From NCBI GenBank assembly GCA_016841745.1, contig JAENYO010000006.1, positions 53,008 through 117,007 of the forward strand: 64,000 nucleotides of DNA. Reading direction: 5' to 3'. The notes beneath the pieces were generated by a model that was not told the origin of the DNA, searched no databases, and was given only the letters and a program-made list of their open reading frames with translations. Positions 59,161 through 64,000 of this stretch are shown piece by piece. The position numbers and the translations under genes were made by a program. This DNA comes from Acetomicrobium hydrogeniformans. GTDB taxonomy: Bacteria > Synergistota > Synergistia > Synergistales > JAFGMB01. Position 1 is the stretch's first letter, and every line of letters begins with the position of its first letter.

Positions 59161-60177
59161 GTGAAAAGAATTGTGTTCTTTGCTATTTGTACTCTATTGC
59201 TTGTATGCTGCTTTATCAATCCTTCCATGGCTGCAGAAGAACCTGTTGTTTTTCTTGACCTTAGCTGGGACAGCATTCAGCTCCAGAACCGGATTGCTGG
59301 ATACATTGTAGAACATGGATACGAGAAAAAAGTGGATTATCTCTTCTCTGAATCCATCCCCGGTCTGATGGGACTGGAGAGAGGCAACGTTCATATATAT
59401 ATCGATGGGTGGGTGGACAATCAACCTGAATGGTGGAGAAAGGCTAAGAAGACAGGTACCGTAGTGAATCTTGGGACAAATTATGACAGGGCGCCCCAGG
59501 GCTGGTATGTACCTACCTATGTGATCAGGGGGGACCCCGAACGAGGGATAGAACCTATGGCTCCAGACCTGGAGTATGCTGAAGACCTTCCCAAATATTG
59601 GGAACTCTTCATGGATCCTGAAGTAACCGATAAAGGCAGACTTACAAATGCGCCTCTGGGCTGGAAGATCTCATCCATCATAAGAGCAAAACTAAAATCT
59701 CTGGGCCTTGACAAGAATTATGTCATTTTTGAACCAGGATCAGGAACTGCTTTGAAAACTGAGGCTCTTGCAAGCTATAAAAAGGGTGAACCTATTCTTT
59801 TCTATTACTGGGAACCCACTGCATTGATGGGAAATTATGACTTTACGCGCCTGAAAGAAAAGACTCCCTTCTCAGATGATCTCTGGACTGTGGAAAACGG
59901 TTACAACTGCGACTTTCCTGCACCTGTGGTCATTAAAGTAATGAACAAAGAATTTGCAGATAATAATCCCTGGCTTGTGGATTTCATAAAGAAATATGAA
60001 ACCACGCTGGAGTTGAATAATATTATGCTAGCTGAAATGGCCAATAACGAACTGAGCACTCAAGATGCTGCTGTATGGTTCCTCAAGAATTATAAGGAAA
60101 TATGGCATAAATGGATCCCCGAGGACAGGCAGGAAATCATAGGCAAAGTGGAGGAAGCCCTGGCAAAGGAAAAGTAA
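59161..60177 (+). CDS. Glycine betaine/compatible-solute ABC transporter substrate-binding protein (OpuAC family), orphan
   Basis: Signal peptide, then FLDLSWDSIQLQNRIAGYIVEHGY..., PQGWYVPTYV and YYWEPT. GTG start with a GGGGG RBS. No permease or ATPase gene is adjacent. Confidence 0.78.
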   Translation: MKRIVFFAICTLLLVCCFINPSMAAEEPVVFLDLSWDSIQLQNRIAGYIVEHGYEKKVDYLFSESIPGLMGLERGNVHIYIDGWVDNQPEWWRKAKKTGTVVNLGTNYDRAPQGWYVPTYVIRGDPERGIEPMAPDLEYAEDLPKYWELFMDPEVTDKGRLTNAPLGWKISSIIRAKLKSLGLDKNYVIFEPGSGTALKTEALASYKKGEPILFYYWEPTALMGNYDFTRLKEKTPFSDDLWTVENGYNCDFPAPVVIKVMNKEFADNNPWLVDFIKKYETTLELNNIMLAEMANNELSTQDAAVWFLKNYKEIWHKWIPEDRQEIIGKVEEALAKEK

Positions 60178-60215
60178 TATCCTTTTGATCAACCAGTTTT
60201 TCATTCTGTAAATAT

Positions 60216-60249
60216 AAATATACCCGGGGGAACTACCCCGGGTATATTT
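60216..60249. terminator. Bidirectional terminator (perfect 14-bp stem)
   Basis: AAATATACCCGGGG-gaacta-CCCCGGGTATATTT between convergent genes. Confidence 0.8.
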
Positions 60250-60275
60250 ATATTTACACGTCCGCTTCAGCAGAT

Positions 60276-60827
60276 TTATTTCATAAACTTTGAAACAAAA
60301 GGAGATGTTTCTCCTCTCCTCAGGAAGTGTCCAGAAGGACCTTCACCCAGAAATTCGGAGAACCATGACTCATGCTCTATTTCTTCATTCAGAATAGCCA
60401 GTGCAAGATCATAAGTCCGGTGATCCTTACCCGCAGTCATGTGGCATATTGCAGTATACCCGCGGACAGCACATCTCTCTGCATTGACAAGAACAGTCAG
60501 CATAGCTTTAACATCTGTTGGATCTTTCGGTAAAGAAGCGGGAGGACATGCGGACATATCATGAAAGGCCTTCATATCATCGGGGAGTTTTCCTCCAAGT
60601 TCATAGATCCTTGGAACCAAAGCCTCAAAATGATTACGGTCTTCTATACGGGCCGTTTCTGCTATTTCCTTTATACCCTCACCCTCCAGTCCAATAAGGT
60701 TACAGCGAAGTATGGTGTAGTAATAAAAAGTTGTCAATTCAGCAGCAGCATTCTTAACCAGCATATCAAGAAGTTTTTCTACATCAACTCCCGCTTTTTC
60801 AACCATTTCTCTTGCTACTTTTCCCAT
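60276..60827 (-). CDS. Ferritin-like di-iron protein (Dps-like/DpsL-type)
   Basis: 183 aa four-helix pattern with paired carboxylate/His motifs (ARIEDRNHFE and LNEEIEHESWF). Confidence 0.68.
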   Translation of the reverse strand: MGKVAREMVEKAGVDVEKLLDMLVKNAAAELTTFYYYTILRCNLIGLEGEGIKEIAETARIEDRNHFEALVPRIYELGGKLPDDMKAFHDMSACPPASLPKDPTDVKAMLTVLVNAERCAVRGYTAICHMTAGKDHRTYDLALAILNEEIEHESWFSEFLGEGPSGHFLRRGETSPFVSKFMK

Positions 60828-60855
60828 CTTAATACCCCCTTCTCAGGCTAATGGA

Positions 60856-61140
60856 TCATAAAGCATTCGGTGGGGAGGACGGATCGTAAAGGCTCATCAG
60901 GAAGATTGCCTTCGTAGGACAAGCCATCATACATGCCCCATCACTTATACAGTTTTCAGGCCTGGTGACTTTGGCAATACCATCGATCAGATCGAAAACA
61001 TTTGGTCCCAGCTTTTTACATAGTTGAACACAATGACCGCACCCCATACATCGAACACCATTGATCTCAGGGATGTTACCCTTAACAAATTGTCTGCCAA
61101 AAGCTTCCACAATCTCTACTTTCTTTTCTTTTGAAGCCAT
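60856..61140 (-). CDS. 4Fe-4S ferredoxin-domain protein
   Basis: 94 aa with CMGCGHCVQLC and CISDGACMMACP cluster motifs. Confidence 0.8.
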   Translation of the reverse strand: MASKEKKVEIVEAFGRQFVKGNIPEINGVRCMGCGHCVQLCKKLGPNVFDLIDGIAKVTRPENCISDGACMMACPTKAIFLMSLYDPSSPPNAL

Positions 61141-61400
61141 ATCTCAACCTCCCATAAATTCTTCCGTTTTTAGAATATTCGAGAACAAATACTGTAGATC
61201 CAGCAATGAAGAAAAGTTCAAAGATAAATATACAAAGGGGCATGAAAGGTTTAATCAACAAGGGATCAAATAGAGAGAGCTAAACTGAGGAAGTAGCACT
61301 GACATCTGTTCACCGTTGTACCTAGTCATTATAACAGATAGGCATGGTATAGCGAGGAAAAATATACTAAACTAAGAGGACTGTGACAGGAGGAGTTGCA

Positions 61401-62096
61401 ATGAAACCATTTTCAATAGGGAAAATTTACTTGAACGAAATTAAAGAAAGAGTTATAGATATAAATCCACTACAAGGAAAATACTGCACTTTTGATTGTA
61501 TATTCTGTCCTCTCGGACCAACAAAGTTTAAAACTGATATACCTCATAATTTTAATGAAACTGGAGCATTCCTAAATACTCTTGAAAATGTCCTGAAACA
61601 AGAAACTATAGATGTTGTCTTTATAAATCCGGACGGTGAGCTATTAGCCCAGGAACGGATTTCAGAGGTTGTAAATCTGATCAAAAAACATAATATCAAA
61701 CTCAAGATCATTTCTAATGGATATTTATTCAATAGAGGTGAATATGAAACGACTCTTAATCACTGTGATGAAGTAATTGGTGAACTGGCAGTAACGAATG
61801 AGGACGATTTTCAAAAGATCCAAAGACCTTTGAAGGGATACACCTTAGAGGATCATGTTTCGAATCTGACAAGATTCAATAGGCAGTATCAGGGTAAATT
61901 CATACTTGATATAACGATTTTAAGAAATTATTCTGATAGTCATGAAGATATTGAAAGATTTGAAGAGTTTATTAAAGGGATAAAACCAGATGAAATATAC
62001 GTTCACACACCATCCAAGAAGAAATTTAAAAAAGCATTTGCAATTGATGAGGCAAGGCTTCAAGAGATAAAGAAACAATTAAGTCTCGTTAGATAA
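61401..62096 (+). CDS. Small radical SAM protein (COG0731-like)
   Basis: CX3CX2C in QGKYCTFDCIFCPLGPT. 232 aa from the ATG at 61401 (AGGAGGAG RBS). Confidence 0.75.
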   Translation: MKPFSIGKIYLNEIKERVIDINPLQGKYCTFDCIFCPLGPTKFKTDIPHNFNETGAFLNTLENVLKQETIDVVFINPDGELLAQERISEVVNLIKKHNIKLKIISNGYLFNRGEYETTLNHCDEVIGELAVTNEDDFQKIQRPLKGYTLEDHVSNLTRFNRQYQGKFILDITILRNYSDSHEDIERFEEFIKGIKPDEIYVHTPSKKKFKKAFAIDEARLQEIKKQLSLVR

Positions 62097-62221
62097 CCTA
62101 CCATATATTCGCACAATTGAATAATGGGGATATCTGGGAAACTCCGATCACAGAAGAAAACAGAACGTGGGGGTTTCAAGTAACAGTTATTCCTGGAATC
62201 TGTAAATGGAGAGGACGAAGC

Positions 62222-62590
62222 ATGATGAGTTGTATATTCTGTAATATCTCCGAGGAAATGGTATTCGAGAACAAACTTGCCTATGCCATCTGTGACGGTT
62301 TCCCTGTCAATAAAGGACATATGTTGGTCATCACCAAAAGACACGTGAGTTCATATTTTGATGCCACAGAAGAAGAGATAATTGCAATCCAAGATCTACT
62401 ACTGAAGTGTAAGGATCATCTAGATAAGCTATATAAACCTGATGGATATAATGTCGGGATAAACATAGGAATACCCGCAGGACAGTCAATAATGCACCTG
62501 CATGTTCATATAATCCCCAGGTACATAGGAGATCTGGAAAACCCCAAAGGTGGAGTCAGAGGAGTACTTCCCTTTAAAAGACACTATTGA
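62222..62590 (+). CDS. HIT-family nucleotide hydrolase/transferase
   Basis: MMSCIFCNI...NKGHMLVITKRH...QSIMHLHVHIIPRY, the histidine triad HxHxHxx. Confidence 0.85.
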   Translation: MMSCIFCNISEEMVFENKLAYAICDGFPVNKGHMLVITKRHVSSYFDATEEEIIAIQDLLLKCKDHLDKLYKPDGYNVGINIGIPAGQSIMHLHVHIIPRYIGDLENPKGGVRGVLPFKRHY

Positions 62591-62733
62591 AGCAAAACTA
62601 TAACGCTGGAAGTCTTATTTAAAGAAATCCATATCTAAGACTTATTCTGTAGTATTTGCAATCAGTTCCAACAACTACATCTGTGAAAAACCCAACTCCG
62701 GCGGACTGTAACATTTTTCGCCCAAAATAAAGA

Positions 62734-62765
62734 GGACCCCGAACACATTAAAAGTGTTGGGATCC
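62734..62765 (-). terminator. Imperfect hairpin terminator after the UXS-like gene
   Basis: The minus strand reads GGATCCCAACAC-ttttaat-GTGTTCGGGGTCC followed by TCTTTATTTT. The stem has bulges. Confidence 0.5.
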
Positions 62766-62824
62766 TTTGCTATTACGAGATGGTTACAAACAGCTCCCTT
62801 TTCCCTTCCTGGCAAACAAAAACA

Positions 62825-63811
62825 TTAACGATCAATGTTGCTGATGCTTTCGGGGAGTATATGCATATCCTCTTTAAGAAGCTGGTCAAAGTAATCCACG
62901 GTTTTTTTCAACCCATCCTCAAGAATTGTTGTTGGTATCCAGCCAAGGGAATTCTTTGCCAGTGAAATATCAGGTTTTCTTCTTCTGGGATCGTCACTCG
63001 GGAGGGACTGGAAGATTATTTTCGAGTTTGAAGAAGTGATCTTTATGATCTTCTCTGCCAGGTCTTTTATGGATATCTCTTCAGGATTACCAAGGTTAAC
63101 CGGTCCCGTAAAACTATCAGGAGAGTCCATGAAAGATATGACTCCATCCACAAGGTCATCCACGTAACAGAAGGACCTTGTCTGCAAACCATCACCATAA
63201 ATTGTAATGGGCTCTGTTTTCAGGGCCTGAAGTATGAAATTGGATATTACCCTTCCATCGTTCATGGCCATGCGAGGACCATATGTATTGAAGATCCTTG
63301 CGACCTTTATCCTAAGCCCATGCTGCCTGTGATAATCAAAGAAAAGGGTTTCAGCACATCTTTTACCTTCGTCATAACATGATCTTGGGCCAATGGGATT
63401 CACATTTCCCCAATACTCCTCTCTTTGGGGATGCATATCAGGATCACCATATACCTCACTCGTGGATGCCTGGAATATCCTGGCTTTTAAACGTTTTGCC
63501 AACCCAAGCATGTTTATGGCGCCATGGACACTGGTCTTGGTGGTCTGAACAGGATCCCGCTGGTAATGCATTGGAGACGCGGGGCATGCAAGATTGTATA
63601 TCTGGTCCACTTCAACATATAGCGGGAAAGTAATATCATGCCGCAGGATCTCGAAATATCTATTGTCTATCAAATGAGTAATATTTCTCTTGGAACCTGT
63701 AAAGAAATTATCCACACATATAACTTCATGGCCCTGCTTCAACAATTTATCACAAACGTGGGAACCTATAAATCCGGCTCCACCAGTAACCAGTAGACTT
63801 TTCCTCAACAT
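62825..63811 (-). CDS. UDP-glucuronate decarboxylase (UDP-xylose synthase, SDR family)
   Basis: [11 protein letters not shown]..., [16 protein letters not shown] and [16 protein letters not shown], which together are characteristic of UXS/ArnA-decarboxylase-type SDRs. Confidence 0.86.
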   Translation of the reverse strand: MLRKSLLVTGGAGFIGSHVCDKLLKQGHEVICVDNFFTGSKRNITHLIDNRYFEILRHDITFPLYVEVDQIYNLACPASPMHYQRDPVQTTKTSVHGAINMLGLAKRLKARIFQASTSEVYGDPDMHPQREEYWGNVNPIGPRSCYDEGKRCAETLFFDYHRQHGLRIKVARIFNTYGPRMAMNDGRVISNFILQALKTEPITIYGDGLQTRSFCYVDDLVDGVISFMDSPDSFTGPVNLGNPEEISIKDLAEKIIKITSSNSKIIFQSLPSDDPRRRKPDISLAKNSLGWIPTTILEDGLKKTVDYFDQLLKEDMHILPESISNIDR

Positions 63812-64000
63812 TCATTCAACTCCCTCTTCATGCTCCTTTTTCTAATAGGCTTAAAAAATCACAATTTAGATCAGGGTTGCTGTATGGATAGCAGCAGGCG
63901 ACACTACTCCTTACCAACATCAGGATGAAAAGGAAGGTCCTTTAGACTTCCTGTTCCTGAAATAATGGGAGATCACCTTTCTCATGGGCCTGACCTTTTT

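Noticed and set aside
60276-61140. Possible encapsulin cargo operon, because a ferritin-like protein plus a ferredoxin resembles Flp/IMEF-type iron-storage nanocompartment loci.
   Set aside because: No encapsulin (HK97-fold shell) gene lies adjacent or anywhere in the window. Neither C-terminus (...SPFVSKFMK and ...DPSSPPNAL) resembles the Gly/Leu-rich targeting peptides I know.
63812-64000. A possible 3' end of a minus-strand gene entering from the right edge. Two frames stay open to the window end, with stops at 63920..63922 and 63942..63944.
   Set aside because: Only 19-27 codons are visible and neither frame has a recognisable motif, so I cannot decide the frame or function.

Overview
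This is a 64-kb chromosomal segment, moderately AT-rich, with about 60 protein genes (mostly on the minus strand up to ~31 kb), 4 tRNAs and no rRNA. I found no CRISPR array, transposase, integrase or phage structural gene. Most of the content is housekeeping:
- Chaperones and envelope: guaA' (partial), groES-groEL behind a perfect CIRCE operator, tsaD, murJ, lptA-like/lptB.
- Threonine operon: thrC, thrB and an aspartokinase-like gene, preceded by a threonine (ACC) T-box leader.
- Stress and lipid genes: ctsR and clpC without mcsA/mcsB, plsY, ADP-forming acetyl-CoA synthetase.
- Ribosome/SRP operon: ylxM-ffh-rpsP-KH-rimM-trmD-rplS, followed by a tRNA-Leu.
- Others: hisS-aspS, two tandem spoVS paralogs, tex, dodecin, speH, several radical-SAM proteins, and a LolA-like/outer-membrane-barrel/MMPL exporter cluster.

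Firmicutes-type regulation (CIRCE, CtsR, T-box, SpoVS) sits alongside LPS-transport genes, an SLH-domain protein and outer-membrane barrel proteins. This suggests a diderm lineage such as Synergistota, Negativicutes or Halanaerobiales, but that is inference only.

Items most worth follow-up:
1. An overlapping XRE / ImmA-IrrE protease / radical-SAM three-gene operon with no mobile-element context.
2. An aspartokinase homolog with intact ACT domains but degenerate catalytic motifs, inside the T-box-controlled thr operon.
3. A tRNA-Leu with the unusual anticodon AAG, next to a TrmD fused to a second SPOUT-like domain.
4. A terminator-bounded ferritin-like / ferredoxin / small radical-SAM / HIT module.
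5. A decayed chimeric gene joining a PstS N-terminus to a histidine-kinase core.
6. A 349-bp ORF-free spacer holding a 17-bp hairpin.

All functional calls come from reading the supplied translations and the DNA by eye. No database search was run.
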